From Mayamaea pseudoterrestris (lineage: Eukaryota), in NCBI GenBank assembly GCA_027923505.1, contig BROI01000003.1, positions 310,001-374,000 on the forward strand: a stretch of 64,000 nt of DNA, given 5' to 3'. Position numbers and translations under genes: made by a program. Positions 9,057 through 22,059 of the stretch are shown piece by piece. The notes beneath the pieces were generated by a model. That model ran no database searches, was not told the DNA's origin, and was given only the letters and a program-made list of their open reading frames with translations. Position 1 is the first letter of the stretch; every line of letters starts with the position of its first letter.

Positions 9057-11198
9057 ATGAAGGGTCAGTCTAAAACCATCCTTTTGGTGAACCTATTTTC
9101 TCTCGTCGTTGCCTTTCAGCAAAACTTCGCTGCAAAGCCTACTTTGGCATTTATGCACGCCTCAAGTCTACGAAAAAAGGTTCTTATGAGTAACTGGAAC
9201 GAATTTGAAAGAAAATCGACGACAATCCGCACAATCGACTTATCAACGTCTCGAAGAATGACAATGGCGACTGCTGCGACGACGCATGATGACATATACA
9301 TATATGATGGTAACGTTCACGCCAAATATCACGAAATCATGGAGCAAGTCATGACGCATAGCCGTACAGTAAAGAAACTCTCTCCTGAAGAGCTAACTCC
9401 TATCCAAACCATGCTCATAGCAACTGCACCTATTATTGACGACTCGGTCTCTGCATTATCATGCATCGACCGCGATGACCTGCTTTCGCAACTCACCAAG
9501 CAGCAAGAGCGATTTAAAACTGCGACTAGCATGACTCCACGACAATTTGATTACTACACTCGCTGTCTTTCCTACTTTGCCGACGTTTGCGCCAAGAGCC
9601 GAGACTTCCAACCGGCGCGGCTAGCATGGACCAAGCTTGTAGAGTCTGGGCATGCACCGATTGAAAATTGTCTCTCCACCTACATGTATGTATTTTCCTT
9701 GGACGAAGCAGATGAAAGCGCCTTGTCGTTACGAGTAGCTGAAATCCATGATCTTTTGTTTGCGCCAAACGAAAAGACGCTTACCCTTCGCATCAAGGGA
9801 TTGACGGCGCAAGGCAACCTTGACGAGGCGGAGCGCCTGTTGCAAACGTCACTTTCATCGCAACACAGTGTTGCATCAAGAGCATCAGCAGCAGGTCATG
9901 CCGATTGGAAGCGCCTACGAACGTTTCAGCCCTTGCTATCGCATTACTGTGAGACGAGGCAGGTGGATCGCGTTTTGAAATTGTTTCGGCACATGAGAGA
10001 CTCGCTTGGTGTTTATCTCGAGTCGCAAACCTACGCTGACATTATCAAATGTTTGGCTTTGGAAAAATGCTTCTCCGTGGATGCATCTCCAATACAAACT
10101 GCCATTGACTCTGGATTCGTTACAACGAGCGGGCCCGGGCTTTTTGATGCTTTGTTGACCGAGATGGCAGATGACCTCATGGAAATTTCGGCAACGTCGG
10201 CCATTGGCATTGCTCAGGCACTTGCCGAATCTGTGAACGAAACTTTAGCGGATGCTAATGCTGACTGGTTTATCCAAACGGAGAATCTTTCTGTCAGTCG
10301 AACCTTGATTGACAATTCTACAGCGATCTGTTCAAAGACTGGAGTGCGATTGAAGCTATTTGCATTAACGGACTTTCAAAGGAAACATGTCCGCGACACT
10401 CTTGTTGATATGGCTGCGTCTCAACATGAAGAATTTGGTTTGAAGCTCAAGGCAAAAGGCAGAAAGTACGAAGATCGTGACGGCGAATACGCGAGGTCAA
10501 AGCTGCTTGACTTTTCCGAGTGGCTCATCGCGCGGCAGCAATCTGATCAACCTTACACTGCCTTTATCGATGGTCCCAACGTCGCCTACTATGGTCATGG
10601 TGATATTCATTATAGCCAAGTAATGACTGTATATGACAAACTGGAGCAGATGGGCGAGAAACCACTTATCATAATGCCAGAAAAATACACTGGCAAGAAG
10701 TTTGCTGTTCCAATGGGGGGCTGGCAGGAGTTGTCGCAAAAGGAAGCGGATATTGTTCAAGTGCTTCTCGAAAGCGAAAAGATGTACGCGGTCCCTCTAC
10801 ACTGCCTAGATGACTATTACTGGATGTTTGCGAGTGTGATCGACCACATGGGTCCTCATCAGCGTGTCCCCTTGGAGGATAAGGACGGCAGGGTTCCTGG
10901 GCTTCGGCCACTGGTCGTGACAAATGACCAAATGCGAGACCATAAGTTGGCACTTTTGGAACCACGGGAGTTTCGACGCTGGACTGGATGCCACATCGTC
11001 AATTACTACTTTGAGCCTTACGGCAGCAGCGAGTGGGAGGGACGGGAAATTCAGCTTTACCCAGCGAATTTATTCAGTCGTGAAATCCAAAGCAACAGTG
11101 ACCCTGACTCACCATGTGAACGCGTTTGGCATATTCCGGTAGCAGAGTGGCCGGAAAACGAGAGACTTTATATTCATTACTCAAGTGCTAGACAATAA
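9057..11198 (+). CDS. PRORP: Protein-only RNase P (PPR + NYN metallonuclease), with predicted bipartite plastid-targeting presequence
   Basis: NYN motifs DGPNVAYY, LDDYYWMFAS, VVTNDQMRDH and WHIP, and a PPR-like RLRTFQPLLSHYC. The signal peptide ends ...LVVA-FQQ. Confidence 0.92.
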   Translation: MKGQSKTILLVNLFSLVVAFQQNFAAKPTLAFMHASSLRKKVLMSNWNEFERKSTTIRTIDLSTSRRMTMATAATTHDDIYIYDGNVHAKYHEIMEQVMTHSRTVKKLSPEELTPIQTMLIATAPIIDDSVSALSCIDRDDLLSQLTKQQERFKTATSMTPRQFDYYTRCLSYFADVCAKSRDFQPARLAWTKLVESGHAPIENCLSTYMYVFSLDEADESALSLRVAEIHDLLFAPNEKTLTLRIKGLTAQGNLDEAERLLQTSLSSQHSVASRASAAGHADWKRLRTFQPLLSHYCETRQVDRVLKLFRHMRDSLGVYLESQTYADIIKCLALEKCFSVDASPIQTAIDSGFVTTSGPGLFDALLTEMADDLMEISATSAIGIAQALAESVNETLADANADWFIQTENLSVSRTLIDNSTAICSKTGVRLKLFALTDFQRKHVRDTLVDMAASQHEEFGLKLKAKGRKYEDRDGEYARSKLLDFSEWLIARQQSDQPYTAFIDGPNVAYYGHGDIHYSQVMTVYDKLEQMGEKPLIIMPEKYTGKKFAVPMGGWQELSQKEADIVQVLLESEKMYAVPLHCLDDYYWMFASVIDHMGPHQRVPLEDKDGRVPGLRPLVVTNDQMRDHKLALLEPREFRRWTGCHIVNYYFEPYGSSEWEGREIQLYPANLFSREIQSNSDPDSPCERVWHIPVAEWPENERLYIHYSSARQ

Positions 11199-11567
11199 AA
11201 ATACGCGACGTATTGATTTCTTGAATATGATGTGTATGCAGATTGCGGATGCACAATCACTTATCGAAGGAATTGCCAAACATCGCACTGGCCGAGGCAT
11301 TAACTTGCCTCTCGACAGTAACAATCTGACGGCTAAGGTATCTTACTCGCTACTATATAATTACCGTGGACAAATTCAGCGAAGCTGCAGATGTGAGTAA
11401 AAATGCTACGCCATCGGCAGAGAAGCCTTAATTTCAGCATGCGAAATTCGTGGACGAGCATAATATGATCCTACAATGCTATAAGTATAGCAATTTTAGT
11501 TAAACTGATCTACTTCCGTACATTCCTATAATTTGTATGGAGCTGATAGTTTTATGTTACGACGACT

Positions 11568-13178
11568 TTATCTCGCAAAACGACCTGCGCCCTTGCTCGT
11601 CTTTTTTCTTTGTCCGCTCATTGATTGTGAAGGTAATGCGTAGGCGGAAGGTCCAGATGCAGCTGGAGCAAACCCAAATGCTGGAGCAGGTGCTGGACTC
11701 GAAAAATTAATTCCCGATGGAGCAGGCGCTGCTGCATTGGGTGCTCCAAAGAGACCACCACCAGTGCCAGGGGCACTAGGAGCCGGTGCTCCAAAGAGAC
11801 CACCACCAATAGCGCCAAAGACACTCGGAGCTGGTGCTGCTCCAAACATGCTGGTTTGGCCCGGAGCAGGCGCTGGTGTACTGGGTGCTCCAAAGATTCC
11901 ACCACCAGCGCCAAAGCCACTCGGAGCCGGCGCTTGTCCGCCGAATGCGTTGATTTGGCCCGGAGCAGGAGTTGCGGCAGTTTTTTCGTCTGCAGCCTTC
12001 ACGTACTGACACTGAACCTGTTCCTCCAACTGGCGCTGCCGATGCCACTCTTCCGCCCGAGCTTGATCAAGAACATTGGGGCCAGGTTCGATGCGAGCGT
12101 ATTTTCCGCTAATCTCTTCAGTCTCCTTGTGCAGCTGCTTGATCAGTTCCGAAATATGGAACAAGGCAGTATTCTGGCGATGTGCCATGGATGTAAGCTC
12201 AAACTGCTGGTTGTTACCGTTGACAAGCAACATTAAGAGCTCGTGCTGCTGCTGGAGCTGCTTGGCGCGGATTGACAAATTTTCAATGCGTTCCTTCTGA
12301 CTCTGAATCGTCCCAATCAGATACGGAGATGGCATGGCGTCAATGCGATCCACCGTGATCATTTGACGATCCAAGGCCGCTCGGAGCTGTCGCTGTACGT
12401 CTCGCTGATGCTGTTGCTGAGGCGATGAGTCGTCCTTCTTTTCCTCGTCCGACGACGACGAGTGCTGCTGTAAACCCGCGCGCACCGTCAAGGCTTCCGT
12501 CGGCCACATGGCGTAGGCGACAATCTGTGCCAAGGCTTCCTCTGCGTCATTCTGCAAGCTTTGCACATCTGCTCCGACCTTTTGCAACTCCTGCTGCAGA
12601 CTGGACGACTCGCGTTGGAGCTCCGAAACGCGCTTTGGCAGCTCATTGCTCTGCAAAAGGTGCGGCGCCATGGTCGCTAACATATTCATGGTACGCTTAT
12701 AAGTCATCATGTTTTGATAGATATGATCGATCGCTTTTTTGTTATTGTCGGATAGCTGCGAGTAGGCCATGGAGCCGGCAATTTCGGCGGGGCGGTGCTG
12801 AATAGTTTGCTGCTGCTGCGGCTGCTGACTACCGAACCCGCCGCCGCCAAAAGGTGCGGCCGATGGAGCTGCTCCAAATCCAAGACCGGTAAAAGGCGCC
12901 GGAGCTGTACTTCCAAATGCGCCAAACGCATTCGCTGCTGGCTGCGCACCAAATACTGCACCAAACCCAGTTGATGGAGTCGGAGCAGGGGCCGATCCAA
13001 ATGTAGGCGCCGGCGCCAGAGATCCAAATGCAGTTGCAGTATTTCCAAATCCTGATGATGATGGATTGTTATTAGCGGAACCTGACCAATTAAAAGCTCC
13101 TGCAGGAGTTGGAGCAGCAGGCGCTGGGGCAAAGCTGAAAGCTGGCGCAGGTGATGGCGCTGCAGGTGCGCCAAACAT
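11568..13178 (-). CDS. FG-repeat nucleoporin with central coiled coil (Nup58/Nup49-like)
   Basis: FG/LFG repeats at both termini flank a helical coiled-coil region. Confidence 0.75.
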   Translation of the reverse strand: MFGAPAAPSPAPAFSFAPAPAAPTPAGAFNWSGSANNNPSSSGFGNTATAFGSLAPAPTFGSAPAPTPSTGFGAVFGAQPAANAFGAFGSTAPAPFTGLGFGAAPSAAPFGGGGFGSQQPQQQQTIQHRPAEIAGSMAYSQLSDNNKKAIDHIYQNMMTYKRTMNMLATMAPHLLQSNELPKRVSELQRESSSLQQELQKVGADVQSLQNDAEEALAQIVAYAMWPTEALTVRAGLQQHSSSSDEEKKDDSSPQQQHQRDVQRQLRAALDRQMITVDRIDAMPSPYLIGTIQSQKERIENLSIRAKQLQQQHELLMLLVNGNNQQFELTSMAHRQNTALFHISELIKQLHKETEEISGKYARIEPGPNVLDQARAEEWHRQRQLEEQVQCQYVKAADEKTAATPAPGQINAFGGQAPAPSGFGAGGGIFGAPSTPAPAPGQTSMFGAAPAPSVFGAIGGGLFGAPAPSAPGTGGGLFGAPNAAAPAPSGINFSSPAPAPAFGFAPAASGPSAYALPSQSMSGQRKKTSKGAGRFAR

Positions 13179-13483
13179 AATAAATTGAAATTAGTCGAGA
13201 TCACAGAGAAGAGACCCTCTCTATATTGCAGATGCGATAGTAAGAAACCAAAATGCAGCGCAGCAGGGTTTGTTGATTGTGAGTGCATGCATCGGATCTG
13301 CGGCGCAGCGCTGCAGTTTGGTGGTGGTCTCCAGCCGCAGCGCGACTCAACGAAAACCGATAGGACGTCTGTTCATCCGGTACTCGACATCCAGCGAATC
13401 CGCGCTGCTGCTGCACCATGGAGCTGACATTCGGAGAAGCGACAAGCTGCCGCTTTGACAAGCATCCTTGCAGAGGCATATAC

Positions 13484-15697
13484 ATGAGCACTAGCATGTC
13501 GAATGCGGAATTGGATGATCCAATGGACGTTGATCCCGTCGATGGAGGCCCCAAGCCAACGCCTGCTGCTCCAACTCCTGCTGGTACTACCGTTAGTACA
13601 TCCTTTTCGTTGACGCCACTTTGGATCAATAGCGTCAGTAGCAGCAGCAGCACAAACAGCAGTCCCAATACTTCAGTGACTAATTTAATGGCAGCCAAGA
13701 CAACCACGGAGGAGGAAGCGCGTCAGTGTATTGAAAAGCTGCGAGGCGAAAACGTTTCGGAGCGAGTCGAAGCGGCGCACTGTTTGGATCAGGTGGCGAG
13801 CGTTCTCGGACAGGAGCGGACGAGAAGGGTACGTAGTAAGAGAAGTGAAGAAATAATGACTTGCAATCATTTCATTCATTCTAACCCACAAATCATGCTT
13901 TGGTTATACTGAAATCGGCAGGAATTGATTCCGTTTCTCGCAGAAGGTATTGACGATGAGGACGAAGTGCTGCTGGCAATGGCCATGTCTCTCGGTCGCA
14001 TGGTGGAGAAAGTTGGCGGTCCTTCCCAAGCTTTTATACTACTGCGACCGTTGGAACTCCTTTTGAGCGTGGAGGAACTAGCCGTCCGCGATGCTGCCTG
14101 CGTTAGCGCTCAAAATATTGCCAATCAAATGCCGGACGCCATGTTTGAGTCTGACTTTGCAGACATGTTGACTCGTCTCGCCAAGTTGGAATGGTTCACG
14201 GCTCGATTGTCGGCGGCCCGACTCATGGCGGCGGCGTTTGCGAGACTGCAGACCAAGGAAAAGCAGCAGGAACATTTGCAATTGTATTGCGCCTTGTGCA
14301 AGGATGAAACACCAATGGTGCGACGCGTGGCGGCCCAATTTTTGGGCAAGATGCTGCAGAGTGTTTTCGCCGTCATGGGGCGGGAGGCATGTATGGGTGA
14401 AGGCGGCATCTTTGCGTCGAATTTCATGCCGCTCTATGAAGAGTTTGCTTCGATGGAACAACCTGACTCTGTTCGGCTGCAAACAAGTGAGAACTGTGTT
14501 GCCTTTGGCGAAGTTATGAGCCAGATTGCGGAAACATCGCCATTGACCGAGTCGGAAACGGCTCTCCTAAAGCGGGTCTTGCCCTTGATTGTGGCGACAA
14601 TTGATGATCGCTCCTGGCGAGTCCGATGGACTGCCGCCGCCAAATTTGCGCTTGTTATCAAGGCCTATTATCAGCTACCAGATGCAATCGACATTTTGGT
14701 ACCTGGTTACGAAAAGCTTTTGCAGGATCCAGAGGCTGAAGTGAGGACAGCGGCTACTTTTAATCTTGCTCATGTAGCAAAATGCAACGCCATGGTGCCG
14801 GTTACTCCGGTTAATCGACTTGCTCAGGAGGCTGGAGACGCGACAGAAACTGGTTCAAGAATAACCGTCGCTGAACGTCTCGTCAAGCGGGTCACAAGCT
14901 TGACGGAGGATGACAGCGAGCATGTTCGAGCCGCGCTGGCAATGGTTGCCACTGGATTAGCCCCAGCCCTGGGCAAGGATGCTACAATCACATATCTAGT
15001 GCCACCGGTACTCTTGTTGCTGCGAGATGCTGCATCGGAAGTTCGTTTGAATTTGATCTCTTCACTTGGCGCATTGAACGAAGTGATTGGTGTGGATCTC
15101 TTGTCACAATCGCTTTTACCAGCCATTCTTGATCTAGCGCAAGACGGAAAGTGGAGGATTCGATTGGCGATTATCGAGCACATACCTTTATTGGCAAAGC
15201 AACTGGGTTGTGAGTTCTTTACAGAGAAACTTGTCGCGCTTTGTCTTGGTTGGCTTGGCGATGAAATTGCTACGATTCGAACTGCGGCGGCTGTCAACTT
15301 GAAGCATCTTACCGCTTTGTTTGGTGCCAGTTGGGCGATCGAGAACATGGTGCCTGTCATTGTTGAAATACGTCAGCATGATTCCTATCTTCGACGCTTG
15401 ACTGCTCTGCAAGGCTTATCTATGATGGCAACTGAGATGGACAAGGACACTGCGAGCTTAGAAATTCTTCCTCTCATGCTGGAAATGGCAACCGACGTCG
15501 TTCCCAACATTCGCTTCAATCTTGCCAAGGAATTAGAAAAGGTTGCTCCTGCTTGTACCATCGACGCTTACAGAACACAAATTGTGCCGATATTATCAAT
15601 ATTGTTGGAGGACGACGATCGCGATGTCCGTTACTTTGCTGAACGCAGTGCATCGAGTCTGAAATTGAAGTTTGCTGCAGTAACAGACGCGTCGTAA
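13484..15697 (+). CDS. PPP2R1A: Protein phosphatase 2A scaffold (A/PR65) subunit, HEAT repeats, 2 exons (intron about 13829-13921)
   Basis: LGQERTRR|ELIPFL, DETPMVRRVAA, DRSWRVRW, DPEAEVR, DGKWRIRLAIIE, VPNIRFN and DDDRDVRYFA. The exact start codon is uncertain. Confidence 0.95.
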
Positions 15698-15804
15698 CAC
15701 CATCGAATATTTTACTTGTTAAAAATTGTAGTAATCAAAACATTTTTTGTCTATCAACAAAGATTTATTTATACACAAACGAAATCAATAAATGCGCGCG
15801 AATC

Positions 15805-18306
15805 TTAGTCGCAAGTTCCGGTGACCCAGCGCTCTGACATGCTATTCTCGCGCGACAAAATTGACGGCTTCTCCAAAGTCATCTCATCACCACTAAGTCC
15901 TTCGTCGTCAATCGGCTCTGTGATAATCGTCAAGTAATCATTGGTAGTCAGTCTATCGTCCCCGGAGAGAGTCGGAGGTTTGGGAACATAGTCCTTCAAC
16001 ACGTCTTCCTTCCAATCGTTCAAAACTTCTTCCATCGTTCTGCTTCGTGACACAGTGTCTGGCTTAGCATTCGCTGGAGATGCAGGCTTGTCGTCGAGAT
16101 CCAAATTTAGTGCTTCGATCGTACTCGAACGCGCAGAATTGCTAAACACCACTGGCTTGACGATGAGTTCCATCGCGAAACTATCAATCGTTGACATTCG
16201 CTCAGATTCGGTGAAAGGCTCGGGACGTACACCTGGCCAGCTCTGCTCAAGGTTCTGACTAAGAGCTCGCACTTCACGATCAGCATTGAAAGTGCGCTTT
16301 TGAAACCCAGGAACATACTGCTCTTTGAGACGGTTCGCCACCGCGCTGCTATCGCGATTCAAAGCCGCGCGTTTCACTGAGGGACCCTTAAGATCCGGTT
16401 TCGTTTCGACCGTCTCATTCTGATTCGAAGTCGCTCGCTTAATCAAGTCCGGTCGAGCATCAATTACAATGCGGTCAATCGGACGTCGTAAATTAGGCTC
16501 AAAACGATCCGTATCCTCACTCGTAGTAGAATCGCCCGACATGGTCTTGTTGATTTCACCTTCGTCCTTTCCTGACCACTTAGAAGCAACTTTAGGATCC
16601 ACCGTGTACAGAGGCGACAAGGGCGGCTTTGTCGGCGAAGCCGACGCGGACGATGCAGGGCTGTGTGCTCCGGCAGCAGGAGGACCTGGTCGAGGTCGTC
16701 CGTACGCAGGTGGCGGAGGAACTGGCGGCGGGGGATGCGGCTGTTGTCGACCTCCCGAGTGATGATAGTGCGGCGGTGGACCATAAGGAGGCATATTATG
16801 TGGAGGGCCCCATGACCCGGTGCGCCCATCATGAGGAGGTGGCGGACCCCAGGAATAGTGACTACCCCAGCTTTCGTAACGACCATCTGGCGGCGGTGGA
16901 GGACCCCACGACCCAGGCGGACGGCTCCAAGACCCATGTCGAGAGTCAAAATAAGGCGCTGGAGCCGCCTGTGCAACATTCGCGTAAGGAAGTGGATTGT
17001 GACACAAGCTGTGGTCGCGTTGCGCCCAGCTGCCGTCGCGCTGTTGTTGACACCAGCTTCCTTGAGGCGGCGGCGGGTACCCGTAGCCAGGCATTGGAGG
17101 AGGCGGCATGGAATAGTTGCTCCCCCAGCTCTCGTACCGACCTGATGGATACCGATCACTGCCAGTAGGTCCATAGCCTCGCGGCGGCGGAGGAGGAGGA
17201 CCGCTTCCGTAACTCGGATAACGATTGTCATGAGGATATGGACCAGGAGGAGGCGGTGGACCACTCGACGGCACTCTATCCGATGAAACGCTACCTTGCG
17301 AGTTCTGTCGGCCGCTTCTAAAGGGATCTTGCCAAGAAAAGCCATCCAGTGTCACTGCTTCTCCGTCCCCTAAAACTTCCCGACCGAGACTGTGATCACG
17401 AGCCAGAACAGGCTTTTTCGAGCCATTCCTTCCTTCCAGTTTAGTCCCTTCTGCAAATCGAGTATTCTTGCCCTTGTCGTTACTGCTACTATGGTCGTCC
17501 TGTAAAATCATTTAAACTTTGTTCAGCAATTTTCAATGCTAATACCGAAGCAATGAAGCATTCGACATGAACACATACCTCATCATCATAATCGTCGTCG
17601 TCATCATCGTCTCGTCTCTTGTCACCATCCATTTGTTTACGAATTATGGGTGCTTTTTCTCGCAATGCTTGGCTTGTTTTCTCTCTGTAATAATAAAATT
17701 GACAACGAATGAGTGTCAGTGCTTGCTATCAAAGCCGACGACGACGACGACGACAACGATTCGCAATTGCACATTGCACTTACCTCGCCTTCTTGTCACC
17801 AACGTCCGACCATAAGCCCATCTTCTCGTCAAGCTTGAGAAAGCGTCCAGGAGGGTCTTGTCCACGCCATATTTTAATAATATCGAGGGCAACTAAAGGT
17901 TTGTCGAGTCGCTTCGCTTCGACGTATTCAAGCTTGCGGTCCTCCACCATTTTCCGATACCGCTTGTTTCCAGGATGATGATTGGTGCCGCCTATGGAAG
18001 ATTTAAAATAAGAGGTAAGACGAAGGCTGCAATGACAAATCGAAATCAATCGCATGCTAATCGCTTACCGCCTCTTCCGAACAAGACGTCGTTGTCGTGA
18101 GGGTCCTTGATCCCTCGCAAAGGCCAGTCGTAAATCTTCTTCGCCGGCACCCTCTCTGCATCCATGACTTTTCGTTCATCTCGGCTGACCATGCCATTGA
18201 TGTACTCCGCCTGTTGACCGAAAGCAGTGGTCGTGTCTTGTTGTTGTTGCTGAGCATGATGACGATAATCACTGTCGTCGACTGCTTCTTGCGAAACTGT
18301 GCTCAT
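15805..18306 (-). CDS. DUF6824-type diatom protein with long Pro/Ser-rich tail, multi-exon
   Basis: Spliced PHDNDVLFGRGG|GTNHHPGNKRYRKMVE...PPGRFLK...WSDVGDKKAREK, followed by the Pro-rich ORF 15805..17511. Confidence 0.8.
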
Positions 18307-18762
18307 TTTCGTCCTTGCGAGACGTTACAAGATTGACAAGACACGAAAACCTAGTGAAGCTCTATGCACCGCTCTTCCGGACCTGGCCAAAAATGATGGT
18401 TGACTGTTTAAAGACTTGCGCAAGCAGTGTTCGCAGTATTCAACTCGACGAGGTCACTCTCTCTGATCAGTGCTGCCCGCGCATCACTTGTGCGTTTGCG
18501 CGTGGTTGCATCTCTACACGAGTCGCAACGTGTTTTACGAAATCACTCGTGCAAGCCGCCGGTACGACATGGTTTTGCACGCCTGTCAAGCTTTCTCGCG
18601 CAGGCCGGGCTTCGATGTTGTTCCGGACGGAAAACGCGAACTCTAATTGGCTTGACTCATTTTCGACTCGTTTGCCGTCACACATCCGTTTCGACAACCA
18701 ACATCAAACAACACCTCCACGCATTGCCTGCGCCTTGATTGACTGTGTGAAAACCAAACGCA

Positions 18763-19422
18763 ATGATATACTGTGGCAACCTCCAAAGTATCGCTGTCGT
18801 TAGTCTGTTACTGTTCTTATCATGCACAACAATTTTGGCTGCAGTCCGAGTTGTCACTCTCGACGAGCTCCAGACAAAGAATGGCAAGGATTCCAACGAA
18901 ATGTGGCTTTCAATACTGGGTGAAGTCTACGACGTTTCCGAGGGAAAGCAATACTATGGAGAAGGGTCTCCATATAACATTTTTCTTGGGAGAGATGCAT
19001 CGGCATCCTTTGTGACGGGAAATTTTACGGAAGCCGGTGCCAAGCAATCGCTGCTGGAATTGGATCCTCCTGTCAAGCTGACACAACTAGATGATTGGTA
19101 AGATGGTGTATTCTTCTCTTGTAGTGGTCAAGAGTATAAGAGTATTTCAGCATTTGATTTTTGCATTCTAATTGGAATCATTTCACTCGCTAGGAAGAAG
19201 TTCTACGAGGACAGCGACAAGTATCACTTTGTCGGCGTATTGGAAGGCGACTTGTACGACAAAGACGGCAAACCAACCGACGAAATGACCAAGGTGCAAG
19301 AGCGCATTGCCGAAGGTCGCGCCGAGCGAGAACGGAAGAAGGCAGAAACTGATCGAAAAATAAAGGAGCGCAAAGAGAAGGACGCCGCAAAGAAGGAAGC
19401 GGAGAAAGTGGGCGAGCTTTGA
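18763..19422 (+). CDS. Cytochrome b5-like heme/steroid-binding (MAPR/neuferricin-like) protein, 2 exons
   Basis: Signal peptide, WLSILGEVYDVSEGKQYYG, FLGRDASASFVTG and a C-terminal GEL. The intron is at about 19098-19192. Confidence 0.88.
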
Positions 19423-19683
19423 TGAGTAGAAAGTAATGGGCATAACTTTATTATGTATATTGCGTTACGTACCGGTAGTGCATTGCTGCATGTCGATTGT
19501 CGCAGCGTTTCATGCGCTAAGGTAACTCTACGAGTAGCATGACGTCGGGTCATGTCGAGACTTTCGTCACAGCAAATACTGCGCCATGTTATATTGTCAA
19601 TTATAAGTACTACCTGGCGACGAGCATTAGTCATAAGCTAAACCATATATCATCTATCATTTGGTATGTTTGCCGCGTATAAC

Positions 19684-21706
19684 TTATCCGTCCCTGTGTT
19701 GCCAGTACCATTCGCATAAACGACGCGCAACAGCCAACACATCTCTCGCAACTGGCGTATCAAATGTAACGCCATTGCGTGTACCCATTCGTCTCGAAAG
19801 CGAAGCAAGATCATGAAGTGCTGCCAGTTCCTGTAGATTTGTGAGCGGAAGGTTGTAGGGTGCGCCAGTCAACACTTTTGATATAGAGGTGCAATAACTT
19901 GGGTTGGCCAACAATGACAAGTATCCGCACTGCCGTCGTAGACCCACCAAAGTTGGGAACTTCGAATCCATAGAATCCGAAATCTTCGCCGTCGTGATAC
20001 TCGGCTCCTGATCGGGAGGTGCTTCAAGATCGGCAGCGACGCCACCATTAAGACGCAGAAACGTCTTCCATTCATGCCATGAAGAATAACCGTCGGGTGG
20101 TGGCACTCCAGCCTGACCAAAGGCCTCCACCAGTCCGCCCTCTTCCAACGTCTCATCAATAAGATCAAGCGCACCAACAATCGTAGCATGTGATTCAACG
20201 GATTCTTGTCGCGTGAGCATATCCAAGCGTCGGCGCCAAAGATATGGGAAAGGGAGGAAACCACAGACATGAGCAGCCAGAGTGTCAGGCAGCGCCATTA
20301 CGCGCACTAAAGCTTGTGTGCTTGGCGCGAGCAATGATAAGGGCGGGTTTTTGAGCATCGTTTGGGCGCTGTGAATGAATACCCGGACTTCGTCCTCGTC
20401 CTCGTCCTCGCCATCTTCCCGCAAAACATTGTTTGCAGAAACGTAAGCGCGCTGATCTTGCAGCAGCTTCCATAAAGCTCCCATGCTCCTAGTGCGCTCT
20501 CGGCGGACTTGCTCCTGCATCAAGCGGACTTGCATGTTGCTGTCGATCAACTCCTTAATCTGCTGGTCGGAAGCCATCATTTTGGCGGTCCTCCCACGCT
20601 TGTCTTCCGTATAAAGCTCACAACCGGCTGAAAGTAACAGCTGGACTGAAGAAAGATGGCCGCTTTTGGCCGCCAGCATAAGACTTGTCTTATTACGGTT
20701 CGTTCTGGCATTAACATCCGCTCCGCACTCGAGAAAAAGCTGACAAACGTTGTTGTGCCCCTCGATCGCCGCTAACATAAGAGGAGTCGTTCCCATGCGA
20801 CTATGGGCATTGATCGTTGCACCGCAATCGATAAGGCGTTTGCAGACGTCGAAATGACCTTCTGAAGCGGCTACCATCAAAGGAGTAAACTTATCTTGAC
20901 TGAATACATCAACGTCAGCAAAGTACGGAAGGATAAATTCCAAAACTTTAATATGAGCGCCTGCAGCAGCCACATGCAAAGCGGTAAAACCTTCGTAGTT
21001 TGATGTTGTCATTGACGCTCCACTTTCCAGCAAAATCTTCATGATACTCTTGTTGCCTAGCGATGCCGCAAGTAAAAGAGGGGTTTGCCCTAGAGTCTCG
21101 TCGGAGCATTCAACGTGGGCGCCGGCGTTTAGCAGCGCTATCACTGCATCCACATTTTGTGTGGCAGTGGCAACGAGCAAAGGAGGAAATAGGAATTCTT
21201 CTGCAAGGGAGAGAGAGAGTAAGAAAGGTAGTTACACCCGACTGTAGCGGTATAATAATGAATCATGACTTATGTTACGTACCAAACAATTCGGTAGGAT
21301 TAAAAGGATTGCGTGGTTTAATCTTTTCTGCAGCTCTCGGTTCTTCCATTTCTGACTCCAGCCCTCCCACCGTAGTTGCAGAACCGTTCATCTGCGTCTC
21401 ATTCGAGTCAGTATTTGAGAATTTGATTTTCACATGAAATTCCACATGATGATCCACCCACTCCGGGCGCGGTCGATACATTAAAGTGCCTCCAGGGACC
21501 ATGAATTCGACCAATGAAGGCGCAAGAGCAAGGGTTTCTTGTGTTTGATCCGGCGATCCACATCCAAGCCCGGAAGTTTGAAGTCGTTTCTTCAAAGTTT
21601 CAGAATTTTCAGATTCATCGTTGGCAGCTTCAGTAGTCATGCGCTTGCGCTTGTCGGTATGAGGCTCTGACGACGTCATATTTTGAATGTCAGAAGGCTG
21701 GCACAA
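19684..21706 (-). CDS. Ankyrin-repeat protein, probably 2 exons
   Basis: GQTPLLLAA, GFTALHVAA, TPLMVAA, TPLMLAA and TSLMLAA. The upstream exon (21275..21706) ends at a GTACGT donor. Confidence 0.8.
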
Positions 21707-22059
21707 GGATAACTATGCTAGGGGGCACTGCAGTGTCTCAAACGACGAACAATAAAGCAAACGTAATGGCAGCGTGTCATGGTGATCCACGCTGAATAAA
21801 GTTTTAGTACCGCTACGATGTTAGTCTTGCTTGACATCGTACCGGCACTGCAACGGCGTTTCGAGGCCTTTCGGAGGCAGTCACACGACAGCCATCGGTC
21901 GACGCACCGCACAAACTCGCCGATCCGTTGCGTTCCGGTTGATGCAAACTGACTGTCACCAGCAAGCCTATTACATACAAACTAACTAATATTTGAGCCA
22001 AGGGAAAGACAGTTGCTTCGGAGCTGCTGCAAGAACAATAGAGGCATCTGCAACTTACA

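Noticed and set aside
11740..11960. Tandem nucleotide repeats (ggtgctccaaagagaccacca) that look like an array
   Set aside because: They encode nucleoporin FG repeats. There is no CRISPR-like repeat-spacer structure.
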